A DNA stretch of 64,000 nucleotides. Origin: Eledone cirrhosa. Its lineage: Eukaryota. Below, one piece after another: positions 40,956-52,752 of this stretch. The DNA lies in NCBI GenBank assembly GCA_964016885.1, contig OZ024759.1, positions 25,172,001 through 25,236,000 of the forward strand, written 5' to 3'. The notes under the pieces are model-generated. The model did not search any database. It had not been told where the DNA came from and saw only the letters and a list, made by a program, of their open reading frames with translations. The first letter of the stretch is position 1, and the number at the start of each line of letters is the position of its first letter. A program made the translations under genes and the position numbers.

Positions 40956-42262
40956 CATCATCATCATCATCATCAACGTTTAACGTCCGTGTTCCACGCT
41001 TGCATGGGTTTGGACGGGGGTAGTCCCACTTGAGGCAAGAGTGATTGTCTTGCTCGCATAGGACTGTCTGGCAGGTTTTCTACAGTTGGATGCCCTTCCT
41101 AACACCAACCACATTTACAGTGTGGGTCTGGGAGGTTTTTACCGTGTTGCCTACACGGCCACATTACAGCGTGGACTGTGTGTTTTTTTGTCGTGACACC
41201 TACACGATCTCATTTGTTTCGGCCCGGATGGCGCGGCACCAACATAACTTTACATAGGACGGGGTGGTGTGGATGGGGTGGGGTGGTGGTGGTGGGACGG
41301 GGTGTATTTTGTTAGAGATGCCTACTGGCAAGGCGGGTCTTCTCTGTTACTGAGTACCGCCAAAGGTCTCGGTCCAGTGACATTGTCTTGGAGAGGTGTA
41401 AGTGTGTGAGGTCGGAGTTTATCAGCTCGTCCCAGGTTTTTCTAGGTCTGCCTATTCCGTGGCTACCGTCTATCTTTATTGCCCTGCACTTTGTTATACA
41501 GCTATCGACTTTCATGCGCATCACGTGTCCATACCAACGTAGCCTTCTCTCGAGTAAACAACATCTGATCCCTCTTATCTCTAATTTTTTCCTTAGTTCG
41601 TTTATGCTTTGCCGTTCACGTATATTACTGTTACACATCCAGCGGAGCATGCAAGCTTCGTTCCTCTCTAGTCTGCGTATATCCTCTGCACACAATGCCC
41701 AGGTCTCACTGCCATGCAACATTGCTGTTCGTATGCAGGCATCGTACAACCTGCCTTTCATTTTTAGGGAGAACCCTTTAGCAGCTAATAGTGGTATAAG
41801 CTCTCTGAACTTTTTCCAACCAGTTCTGACTCTAGCTACAGTACTTTCAGAGCACCCTCCCCCACTGCTGATTTTATCGCCCAGGTAACGGAAGCTGTCC
41901 ACTATTTCTATAGAACCCTCTGCGCAATTGAAAGAGCTAGTATTTTGTGGGCACTTGCTGCTACTTATTGCACCAGAACACCGGCCACATGTAAAATCTA
42001 TGTTCTTAGTTAGCTTACCTGTGATCCCACTACATCTTTTATGCACCCATACTTTGCATTTAGGACACAAAATGGAGTTTCTACCTACGCCTTTCCTACA
42101 CATCGAGCACGACCATTTCCCAGAAGGGACCGCCGCCTTGTTTTCTTTCCTACAAACTAGAACTTTGGTCTTAGCCAGGTTAATTTTAAGTCCTTTTGAC
42201 TCTAGGCCGTGCTTCCATGTTTGGAATTTCTTCTCTAGCTCGGCCATTGATTCCGCTATGAG
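40956..42262 (-). mobile_element. RTE subfamily A, 5'-truncated (~1.3 kb)
   Basis: Open frame [20 protein letters not shown]; close match to 895-2222; (TA)n at both ends. Confidence 0.95.
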
Positions 42263-42264
42263 TA

Positions 42265-42312
<48 letters not shown>

Positions 42313-42314
42313 TG

Positions 42315-42390
<76 letters not shown>

Positions 42391-42437
42391 TACAATATAT
42401 TAATAAATCGAAACTATATATATAATGTGTGTGTGTA

Positions 42438-42529
<92 letters not shown>

Positions 42530-42585
42530 CACATATACACACATACACACATACACACACACATTATATATATAGTTTCCATATA

Positions 42586-42776
42586 GGCGGTGGATTGGCA
42601 GAATCGGTAGAGGGTTGGACGCCATGCTTTGACGCATAGAGTTACGGCCCCTGTCATTCTGAGTTCAAATCCCGCCGAGGTTAACTTTGCCTTTCATCCT
42701 GACGGGGTCGATAAAATAAAGTATTAGTAATACACTGGGATAATTGCTGGCCTTGTGCCAAAAGTAGAAACAATTA
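42586..42776 (+). mobile_element. Type A SINE with ~20-bp target-site duplication
   Basis: ATTATATATATAGTTTCCAT at 42563-42582 and 42773-42792. Confidence 0.92.
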
Positions 42777-42802
42777 TATATATAGTTTCCATTTATTAAT
42801 AT

Positions 42803-42842
<40 letters not shown>

Positions 42843-42843
<1 letters not shown>

Positions 42844-45038
42844 TTACGTGACAACTTGCTGCAGGCTACTGATGAAACTTGTGGCTGGAGCAGAGCTCCA
42901 ACCAGTCAGAGAGTGACCTGATGGTGGAACAGCACAGTAGATAAGGCCATTAGAGACAAACGACTAGCATGGAAGGATTGGAAAAAGGGTGGGAGTAGGG
43001 AAGAATATACAGCCACTAAGAGAGAAGCTAGACATCAGGTGTACTTAGCACGCAGGGAAGCGGAGAGTAGGAGGTTTGCCAATGTTCTGTGACAGGAAGA
43101 TCAGAGGTGTGCGGTGTTCCACATTGCAAGGCAGTGTGTCAATGCAAATCAGGATGTTGTTGGAGATAAATGTGTCCGGGATGATGCCGGTGTACTTAGT
43201 GTCATGAATGATCAGAAAAAGGAGGCCTGGAAATGTCATTATGAGAGACTGATGAATGTGGAGAACGAATGGGAGGGAGAGAAATTACCCTTAGTAGATC
43301 CGACAGAGGGACCAGCTATTGAGATTGACGAATATAGGGTCCAAGAGGCGATTAGGGAAATGAAAAATGGTAAGGCTGCTGGACCATCGGGAATAGTTGC
43401 TGAGATGCTGAAGGCATCAGGGGACGTAGGCACTAAACTGGTTGCACGCATCATCAATCAGGCTATGTATAGTGGTGTCATACTCAAAGACTGGTGCAGC
43501 AGTATTCTCATAAATTGCTACAAAGGTAAAGGGGATGCTCTGGAGAGGAGCAATTATAGGGGTATAAAACTGATGGATCAGGTTATAAAAGTGGCAGAAA
43601 GGATATTAGAACAACTAATTAGAGAAAGGGTATTAGCACAACTAATTAGAGAAAGTGTCAAACTAGATGAGATGCAGTTTGGTTTTGTGCCTGGGAAGAG
43701 TACAACAGATGCCCTCTTCTTGGTGAGACAATTGCAAGAGAGGTTCTTAGAGAAAAATAAGCCACTATACTTAGCCTTTGTTGACCTAGAGAAGGCCTTT
43801 GATAGGGTACCCCGATCTGTCATCTGGTGGTCCCTAAAGAAGCTAGGTGTTGAGGAATGGCTTGTGAGGACAGTGCAAACTTTGTACAGAGGTACTCTCA
43901 GTAAAGTCAGGGTAGGAATGGAGTTTAGTGAGGAATTCCAGATACAAGTAGGAGTACATCAAGGTTCGGTCCTCAGCCCGCTCTTGTTCATTATAGTCCT
44001 CCAAGCCATAACAGAGGAGTTTAAGACTGGCTGTCAATGGGAACTTCTCTATGCTGACGATCTGGTTCTTATAGCAGAATCAGTAGAGGAGCTAGAGAAT
44101 AAATTCTGGCTATGGAAACAGCAGTTGGAAGCAAGAGGACTGAGAGTGAACCTAGCTAAGACAAAAGTGTTGAGTAGAAAAGAGGACAAAACTCTGATTC
44201 TGTCAGGGAAATGGCTATGTTCGATATGCAGAAAAGGAACTGGCATATATTCTATAAAATGCACACAATGCAGATCTTGGGTACACAAGAGATGTAGCGG
44301 GATAGCAGGAAAACTAACAGGTAGGGAGAAATATGTATGCAGTAGATGTACAGGGAAATTAGACAGTAGAAGTCGCATTGATAGACACATTTTTCAAATG
44401 CAGGAGGGCACTATAGAAGTGGTGGATAGCTTCTGGTACCTAGGAGATCAGATTAGCATGGGAGGAGGGTGTTCCGAGGCCATAGTATCTAGAATAAGGA
44501 TGGGTTGGAAGAAGTTTAGGGAGCTGCTTCCTCTCTTGACGAAGAAGGGTTTCTCTCTGCGTACGAAAGGCCGGTTGTATGATGCCTGTGTGAGGAGCGC
44601 GATGCTGCATGGTAGTGAGACATGGGCAGCAACTGCAGAGGATATGCGACGGCTGGAGAGAAATGAGGCAAGTATGCTCCGTTGGATGTGCAGTGTAAAT
44701 GTGTGTGAACGACCCAGCATAAATGTGTTGAGAGAGAAACTGTGTCTGAGAGGGATAGAATGTAGTGTACGGGAGAGGAGACTGAGGTGGTATGGACATG
44801 TGATGCGCATGGAGGATGACCGATGGGTGAAGAAGTGCCAGGAAATGCCAGTTGAAGGAAGACGTGGTAGAGGTAGACCACGAAAAACATGGGCGGAGGT
44901 GGTGAGAACAGACCTCAGATCATTGAAGCTCACGGTGGAGATGACGAAGGACCATGACGAGTGGAGAGATGCTGTGCTGAATAAGACCCATCCCACCCTT
45001 GCAAGCAGGGAAAAGCAGATGTAAAATGATGATGATGA

Positions 45039-45042
<4 letters not shown>
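42843..45042 (+). mobile_element. RTE-clade LINE, subfamily B, 5'-truncated (endonuclease domain absent)
   Basis: 636-codon open RT frame 43114-45024; upstream frame continues (T*WWN) with two TGA stops; stop codon directly followed by (GAT)n; (TA)n at both ends. Confidence 0.96.
43114..45024 (+). CDS. Non-LTR reverse transcriptase (RTE ORF, RT plus C-terminus) with internal PHD-like finger; partial
   Basis: [54 protein letters not shown]4HC3 cluster, [12 protein letters not shown]. The GTG start is not a real start. Confidence 0.85.
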   Translation: MFHIARQCVNANQDVVGDKCVRDDAGVLSVMNDQKKEAWKCHYERLMNVENEWEGEKLPLVDPTEGPAIEIDEYRVQEAIREMKNGKAAGPSGIVAEMLKASGDVGTKLVARIINQAMYSGVILKDWCSSILINCYKGKGDALERSNYRGIKLMDQVIKVAERILEQLIRERVLAQLIRESVKLDEMQFGFVPGKSTTDALFLVRQLQERFLEKNKPLYLAFVDLEKAFDRVPRSVIWWSLKKLGVEEWLVRTVQTLYRGTLSKVRVGMEFSEEFQIQVGVHQGSVLSPLLFIIVLQAITEEFKTGCQWELLYADDLVLIAESVEELENKFWLWKQQLEARGLRVNLAKTKVLSRKEDKTLILSGKWLCSICRKGTGIYSIKCTQCRSWVHKRCSGIAGKLTGREKYVCSRCTGKLDSRSRIDRHIFQMQEGTIEVVDSFWYLGDQISMGGGCSEAIVSRIRMGWKKFRELLPLLTKKGFSLRTKGRLYDACVRSAMLHGSETWAATAEDMRRLERNEASMLRWMCSVNVCERPSINVLREKLCLRGIECSVRERRLRWYGHVMRMEDDRWVKKCQEMPVEGRRGRGRPRKTWAEVVRTDLRSLKLTVEMTKDHDEWRDAVLNKTHPTLASREKQM

Positions 45043-45111
<69 letters not shown>

Positions 45112-45112
45112 C

Positions 45113-45158
<46 letters not shown>

Positions 45159-46594
45159 TATATATAAATAGATAAATATATATATATGTATATCTAAGTA
45201 TGTATATATGTATGTATTCACACACACACACATATATATATTTATATATATATATACATATATATACATATACATATATGTACATATGTATATACATAGA
45301 TATATATTTATATATATATATTTACATATAGATATATATACATATACATATATATATACATATGTATATACATACATATACATATATATACATATAATAT
45401 ACATATGTATATACTTACATATATATGTGTGTGTATATATAAATATATATATATATATATACAAATATATACACATACATATATATATATACAAATATAC
45501 ACACATACATACATATATATATATATGTGTGTATATATGAATATATATATATATATGTGTGTGTATATGTATATATATATATATATGTATATATATATGT
45601 ACAAATATATATACATACATATATATATATATATATTCACAAATATATATACATACACACACATATATATATTCACAAATATATATACATACACACACAT
45701 ATATATATATATACACACACATATATATACACATATTTATATATAAATGCTACAGTTAATTTTCAAATGTCCAATGAGTTAGACATTTCATTTCATTCTA
45801 TTTTGTTCTGTATAAATTAAGGTAGGAAACTTAATGGTAGCATAAACATTTTTATTAATAAATCTCAGAAAGTCACATAATAAAGCATGTGGGTAGAAAT
45901 GATGTTGTATTTGCTATTAGTGGAATCTGCAGGAGACACTAGGCTCTTTACATTCAACAGATCTATGTATGACCCATGGCAAGCTAGCCGTGTCCATCAG
46001 AATTTTGACTTAAGATAATGTACTGCTTCCTTCTGTGGCTATGTGTTTGTGTGTGTGTGTGCCTATACGTCTGTATGATCCATACCAATCTCATGGGGGG
46101 GGGGGTAGGAATGAAGTGTTAGTGGTGGTGGTGGTGTTGGTGGTGTTAGTGGTGGTGGTGGTGTTAGTGGTGGTGGCAGTTATGGTGGTGTGGGAGGAGT
46201 GAAGTGGCGGTGGTTATGGGGGCAGGGTAGGAGTGAAGTGGTTGCAGTGGTTATCTGTGACCAAACATACAAAACAGCTGTTCCCCTCTCACTCTCACAC
46301 CCCTTCACCCCACCCCCCAAATATAGCGGAAGGTCACATCTGTCAGCAATTATTTCAAGAAAGGTCACATGACATGTTGGTTTGTCTAGACTGGTGAGGT
46401 CATGTGATTAGAGAGACAGCTAATTGTTTAATTATGGTTAGTGAGATGATATAGTGAGGCAGGAGGAAGGGAAGGTGATAGAGAAGAGGAGGAGTTGAAG
46501 GGGGGAGAGGAGGAGGGGTATGTAAAAGAGGAGGAGAAGAAAGAGAGAAGGGAATATTGGTAGAGAGACCAATATATATATATATATATATATT

Positions 46595-46708
46595 GGAAAA
46601 TGTTCAGGACCCCATTTGGGGGTCTTGAACATTTTCCTATTACCCACTCTACTACCTAAAGTATCGAGTACTCTGGTCCACCTGGTTCCTTACCACACTT
46701 CCTTCATT
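46595..46708 (+). mobile_element. Hairpin-ended family H1, opposite orientation to 36791-36916
   Basis: Arms GGAAAATGTTCAGGACCCC / GGGGTCTTGAACATTTTCC; body is the reverse complement of 36791-36870. Confidence 0.7.
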
Positions 46709-46717
46709 ATATATATA

Positions 46718-46844
46718 CACTAATTCAAGGTATCACAACATATATATGTGTATATATATATATATATATATAAATTCAAGGTATCACAACGTATATATGT
46801 GTATATATATATATATATAAATTAATTCAAGGTATCACAACATA

Positions 46845-46878
<34 letters not shown>

Positions 46879-46903
46879 CACTAATTCAAGGTATCACAAC
46901 GTA

Positions 46904-46937
<34 letters not shown>

Positions 46938-46962
46938 CACTAATTCAAGGTATCACAACGTA

Positions 46963-47001
<39 letters not shown>

Positions 47002-47023
47002 TAATTCAAGGTATCACAACGTA

Positions 47024-47055
<32 letters not shown>

Positions 47056-47440
47056 CACTAATTCAAGGTATCACAACGTATATATGTGTATATATATATA
47101 TATAAATTAATTCAAGGTATCACAACGTATATATGTGTATATATATATATATATATATAAATTCAAGGTATCACAACATATATATGTGTATATATATATA
47201 TATACACTAATTCAAGGTATCACAACGTATATATGTGTATATATATATATATATAAATTAATTCAAGGTATCACAACATATATATGTGTATATATATATA
47301 TATATATAAATTCAAGGTATCACAACGTATATATGTGTATATATATATATATATAAATTAATTCAAGGTATCACAATGTATATATGTGTATATATATATA
47401 TATAAATTAATTCAAGGTATCACAACGTATATATGTTTAT
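46718..47440. repeat. Array of 14 conserved cores separated by variable (TA)n
   Basis: Core AATTCAAGGTATCACAAC(G/A)TATATATGTG at 49-61 bp spacing. Confidence 0.95.
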
Positions 47441-47470
47441 ATGTATATATATATAGATCCATATATATAT

Positions 47471-47578
47471 CATCATCATCATCGTCGTTTAACATCTATC
47501 TTCCACGCTAGCATGGGTTTAGATGGGAATTGTCCCACGTGAGGCAAGATTGGTTGTCTTGCTCGTATAGGACTGTCT
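47471..47578 (-). mobile_element. RTE 3' stub
   Basis: (CAT)n..CCACGCTAGCATGGGTTTAGA..GAGGCAAG..GTCTTGCTCG; (TA)n both sides. Confidence 0.8.
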
Positions 47579-47639
47579 TATATATATATATATATATAAG
47601 GAAGTATATGTGTGTGTGCAAAAAGTGAATGGATAAACA

Positions 47640-47860
47640 ACATAGGGAAACGATACAGTACAATGAAGATATATATTAGTTTAATGTTTGATATAGTAGG
47701 AAAAGACTGTTAATGTTTCTGATGTTAGTCCTTCATCAGAAGAAAGAATGAGAAATAAAAGAAATAGAAAGATAAAGAGTGAGAAGTAGAAGAAACAGAA
47801 ATAAAATTTGTGGTAGGGAGAAAAACTATTATATATCTTCATTGTATCGTACTGTTTTGT
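47640..47860 (-). mobile_element. Putative Penelope-like terminal fragment with degenerate hammerhead motif and inverted arms
   Basis: Minus strand CTGATGA-AGGACTAACATCA-GAAACATTAACAGTC; 17-bp inverted repeat 47659-47675 / 47830-47846. Confidence 0.5.
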
Positions 47861-48217
47861 GAAGCTAGCCATCATCATCATCATCATTGTAACATACGTT
47901 TTCCCAAAAAGCTTGGATGGGTCTACATAGGGGGCTGCTAATCTCCTGGACAGGCCGGGGACCTTTATCTTGCTTATGTATGGTCTCATGTTCTACTGAG
48001 TGCACAAGCGTGGTAGTCATTCTCTTTGACACAACTGAAGGGTCCTCCCAGCCCAGTTTGATAAGCTTTCTATGGTTGGATGCCCTTCATATCACCAACC
48101 ACTTTACAGAATGTACTGGGTGTATATATCATGTCGATAAACAACACTAGGGAGGTTGTCATGTCCTTGATATGATATATATATATATATTTAAATCCCC
48201 TCATCTCTTCCTCCCTC

Positions 48218-48248
<31 letters not shown>

Positions 48249-48249
48249 T

Positions 48250-49640
48250 GCAGCCAACATAGAATCACACATACATAAAATTAACTATAGAGGAATCTCT
48301 AATGAAAATAACCTACAAACAAACACAATAATACTAAATACAAACACAAACACATAACAACATCACAACCACACACACGTCAGAACGCATCACAACAAAA
48401 CATCAACAAACCCAAATCTCACCCCATACATAACAACATACAAAACCGCAACGGAGAACCTGCACACAGGAAGGCTTCCAAATGTAACTGCCACTTACCG
48501 GATAAGTGCTCACTACAAAATAGATGCCTGGAATCAAATATAGCGTACCTGTATACTATAAATTCGGGCAACTTGGCATGGCACTACATAGGTTCTACGG
48601 CTGGGGAGTTAAAAAAGATAGTACGTTCACAGACATTCTATGAAGAACCATAGACTAGTGAACACAACAATGCTGGCCAATAAAATCTGACAGCTTAAGG
48701 ATACAAACCAAGAATACAGGATTAGCTGGTCGAAATTATCAGGAGCCTACAGAAATGGAATGTTCCACTGCGAACTTTGCAATATGGAGTTGTTCCATAT
48801 TTTAAACTTTAAAATTTAAAGTATGACAAAATGCTGCTTAACAGCAAAATAGAACGGTCAATTTTCTGTAGCCACAAAGCAGCTACTAAATTCGCAAATT
48901 TCAAATCAACATGATTTGATCCAATAATCCCATAATTCAAGCTGAACCACTTAGAGTCTATTACAAGAACCCACTATTATTAACTGTCAATAGAACAACC
49001 AATCACTAAATCAACATCATAATCTCCTAACCTCTCTTTCTTTCACTCTCTGTACCTAAAACTATTTCACCTCTTCCATTATATCCTATCATGTTCTCTT
49101 CACCTCTCACCTAACTTCTAATTTATTAATTTTTCTTTTATATATTATTTATCTTTATATTCTTTCTACCTACTATAACCCTCTGTGATTTAACCAATAC
49201 ATATGTATATATTTAATATTTTCATATTAATAGTATTCAAACCCTCATCACATCTTTATACTTACAGACCACTATAACTTTAACCACCACCACCACTATT
49301 TTCAACAATATTATGTTCATTTTTTTCCACATATACATATTTTTTACTTATTTTTTATCATCTTCATTCTAACTTATTTATTATTTTTTCTCTTTTTCGT
49401 TTTCTTTTTCTTTCTTTATTATTGATGTTGTTATTTAAATTCTCCTAGTATATTACAAACGCCGTGTGTAATTTTTGTCAGTTATTCCGATGATTTGATT
49501 AGGCATACATGTATTTAAGATTGAGTGACACAACTTCAAGTGATTAGCAATCTTTAGACACCCTAATCAATGAAACAATTGTTAATATTGTCAATAAACC
49601 CTTTTTGTACTGTTGACCATGTTATTCTTCACTCTTTCAC
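48250..49640 (+). mobile_element. Penelope-like element 3' portion: decayed GIY-YIG endonuclease plus 3' region
   Basis: From 48483: CNCHLPDKCSLQNRCLESNIAY..WHYIGSTAGELK, then after frameshift HRHSM..TMLANKI*QLKD..ISWS..AYRNG..CELCNME..LLNSK.E..CSHK; resembles Neptune-type PLE endonucleases. Confidence 0.85.
49478..49590 (+). ncRNA. Degenerate type I hammerhead ribozyme motif of the Penelope-like element
   Basis: TATT-CCGATGA-T-TTGATTAGG..CCTAATCAA-T-GAAA-CAATTG-TT-AATA; core has a U4C change and GUU at the cleavage triplet, so probably inactive. Confidence 0.6.
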
Positions 49641-50525
49641 TATATATGTATATCCAGCCCACACTGTAAAGTGATTTTGTACAGAATCAGCGGGACTAAT
49701 GACCTCCCAGACAGGCCTAGCAAAGAGGAGAGGGTTGGTGGCTGGCTTATCTGTTATCTCACATACAGTCTAGTTTCACATTCTACCGAGAGCACCAGCA
49801 TAGGAGAGGTTGTTATGTCATGTCTTTGATACAGCCATATTTATTTCAGAGTCAGTAGAGCAACTGTGAAGTCTGTGTGTCTATTTATTGATGAACAATA
49901 CATTGAATGTTAAATCCATCACCTCAGACCTTCCTTAACTGACAGACATTTACGATATTTACCGGATTTCATTTCTTAATCATTTTATAAAGAAATATTT
50001 CACTGAGTAAATACTTCAGCTGTTACAATAATTCATTTACACACCCACTCTCTCTCTCTCAATATATATATATATATATATGCACACATATACATATATA
50101 TACACATATAAACATATATGTGCACATATATACATAATATATACATAATATATATATATATATTTATACATATATATGCACATATATAAATGTACATTTA
50201 TACATATGCAAATACATATATATATATATGTGTGTGTATGTATGTATGTATGTATGTATGTATGTATGTATGTATGTATGTATGTATATATATGTATTTC
50301 CATGTCTCTCTCTCTCTTTCACTTCCTCTCTGTCTGTCTATTACCCTCTTTCCTTTTTCTACACCACTATCCTGTCACCTCACCTCCAAAACTTCTACAT
50401 GGAATCTTACAAAAATAGAAGCCATGTTCTCCAGTCTGAGGCGGATGGGAAACATAGGAAACGGACGGAAGCAATGGAGAGAAGGAAAGTGGGAGAGAGA
50501 GTTGGAAAGGGATATATATATATAT

Positions 50526-50625
<100 letters not shown>

Positions 50626-50899
50626 AGTATCAGAGAGAGGGTGTGTGTAAGAGAAAGAGAGATAAAGAAGTAAAAGATTACTGAGGCAGCATTAATACTG
50701 GCATTGTACCAAAGAAAGTCTTTAGTTTGTTCAATTGTTTAAATTGAGCAAACTAAACTGGATGGGAACTGAGAAATACTTCTTACTGTTGTTAGTGTTG
50801 TTGTAGTTGTTGTTGTTCACGTCGTTGTTGTTGTCCCTATTATTCTGTTCAATACATCATCTTCTAATGATGATGATGATAAATACTTGTGCTTATTCC

Positions 50900-51540
50900 T
50901 CTTGTTGTTGTTGTTCTTCTTCTGAGAATTACTCCTTCCTCATATTGTTGTTATCCTTCTTTTAAGAATTGCTCCTTCCTCAGATTGTTGTTGTTCTTCT
51001 TCTGAGAATTGCTCCTTCCTCAGATTGTTGTTGTTGTTCTTCTTCTTCTGAGAATTACTCCTTCCTTGGATTATTGTTGTTGTTCTTCTTCTGAGAATTA
51101 CTCCTTCCTCGGATTATTGTTGTTGTTCTTCTTCTGAGAATTACTCCTTCCTCGGATTATTGTTGTTGTTCTTCTTCTGAGAATTACTCCTTCCTCAGAT
51201 TGTTGTTGTTCTTCTTCTGAGAATTACGAATTACTCCTTCCTCATATTGTTGTTGTTTTTCTTCTGAAAATTACTTCTTCCTCATATTCTTGTTCTTTTT
51301 CTTCTGATAAATACTTCTTCTTCTCATTATTCTTATTGTTCTTCTGTTCAATACATTTTCTTCTGATAAATACTTCATCTTTCTCTTCCTCTCCTCTTTC
51401 TCTTCTTCTGCTAAATAGATCTTTTTCCTCTTCCACTTCTGGTAAATAGATCTTTTTCTTCCTCTTCTGCTGCTAAATAGATCTTTTTTCTTCCTCTTCT
51501 GCTAAATATAACTTTTTCCTCTTCTTCTGTTAAATAGATA
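50900..51540. repeat. ~37-45-bp (TTG/TTC)-based minisatellite then ~30-bp repeat
   Basis: Repeated TTCTTCTGAGAATTACTCCTTCCTC and CTAAATAGATCTTTTT. Confidence 0.85.
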
Positions 51541-51667
51541 AATGGTTAAATATTGGCTGGAATCAATCAGACATGTTTGTTATTTACATTCCTGCAGATA
51601 ATGGTTACATTTTCCTTCTGTCTGCTTTAAGGTCAAATGTTGCTACCACCACCACCACTACTACCAG

Positions 51668-51704
<37 letters not shown>

Positions 51705-51717
51705 GCTGCTCTTACGA

Positions 51718-51935
51718 ATTCTTAACATCCTGTGGTGATCTACCAGAAAAACACATCTAAAAACTAGTTTATTGTTAATTCAAATGTTTATAGTATCTTT
51801 ACTGGCAGGCAGATTGTTGTGAACATTTGCAGACTTTAATATTCAATGTGATGCAGTTGAAGTGCTGTGCTGTTTTGTACTTTGAAGAATATTTCTTGCT
51901 GATGTGGTTTGTTGTGGTACAGGACATTAAGAGTT
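51718..51935. mobile_element. MITE-like element with ~17-bp imperfect TIRs
   Basis: AATTCTTAACATCCTGT ... ACAGGACATTAAGAGTT; homolog at 7487-7810. Confidence 0.6.
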
Positions 51936-52164
51936 GAATATCACTTAACCGGGTGCCATGAGGGAGTCCTTTAACCTAATGTGATATCACTGTCTAAGTG
52001 TCTGACATTGTAATCAGGTTGTGTCACTAAATATAATCAACCAAGTTTTTTCAGAAGTTAAGGGCTGAAAACCTTGATTGAGGGTGGAAGAGTTTGCAGA
52101 CCTTCTGCTATCCAGCTCTCCTGAGAGTTTCTTACCACACATATATATATATATATATATATAC

Positions 52165-52390
52165 CATTTGTTGGTATCACAACAAAAATCACCCAGTCCA
52201 CACTGTAAAGTGGTCATGTAGGTGTTACGACAAAAAACACCCAGTACACATTGTAAGGTGGAAGGGCATCCAGCCATAGAGACCAAGCCAGAAAGAGTTC
52301 TGAGCAAGACATGATCAGCTGACCTGACTTGCCTCAAACAGGACAACCCATCTAACTCAGGCTTACGCAGAAAATGGAGATTAAACAGTG
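52165..52390 (+). mobile_element. RTE 3'-UTR fragment, decayed
   Basis: CACCCAGTCCACACTGTAAAGTGG..GAAGGGCATCCAGC..GAGCAAGACATG; starts after (TA)n. Confidence 0.7.
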
Positions 52391-52526
52391 ACATGTACAG
52401 GTACTTAAGTTTCATTGGGTTGTTTACCAGCCTGTACATGTCACTGCTGTAACTATTATACTTAACATGTCCTATGGACTGAGTGCTCGAAACCCTTGGA
52501 TATTTATACCAAATTTGTACTACAGT
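52386..52526 (-). mobile_element. Hairpin-containing small element, family H2
   Basis: Perfect 16-bp inverted repeat CAGTGACATGTACAGG (52386-52401 / 52431-52446); AATATCC..GAGCACTCAGTCCAT shared with 55038-55163. Confidence 0.5.
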
Positions 52527-52546
52527 ATATATATATATATATATAT

Positions 52547-52752
52547 CAGATAGGGTGTGGTAAAATACCAGGTGGACCATAACCCATCAGAATACTCGAT
52601 ACTTGGGGTAATAGAGTGGTAATATGAAAAGATTCAGGACCCCAACGGCTGAGCTCTGGCCGTTTTGACAGCTAGGATTCAAGACCCTGATGGCTGAGCT
52701 CCGGCTGTCGAAATGGCCGGAGCTCAGCCGTCGGAGTCCTGAATCTTTTCAT
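52547..52752 (-). mobile_element. Hairpin-ended family H1, longest copy
   Basis: About 48-bp imperfect inverted arms beginning TGAAAAGATTCAGGAC; (TA)n both sides. Confidence 0.7.

Noticed and set aside
43114-45024. Bacterial retron, group II intron or DGR reverse transcriptase
   Set aside because: Motifs, 5' truncations and (GAT)n tails identify a eukaryotic non-LTR element.
46718-47440. CRISPR-like repeat-spacer appearance
   Set aside because: Spacers are only (TA)n, there are no cas genes, and the context is eukaryotic.
52683-52740. Complete hammerhead from CTGATGG..GAAA..GTC
   Set aside because: CTGATGG is better explained as CpG-decayed CCGACGG of a duplicated arm; A9 is missing and stem II does not pair.
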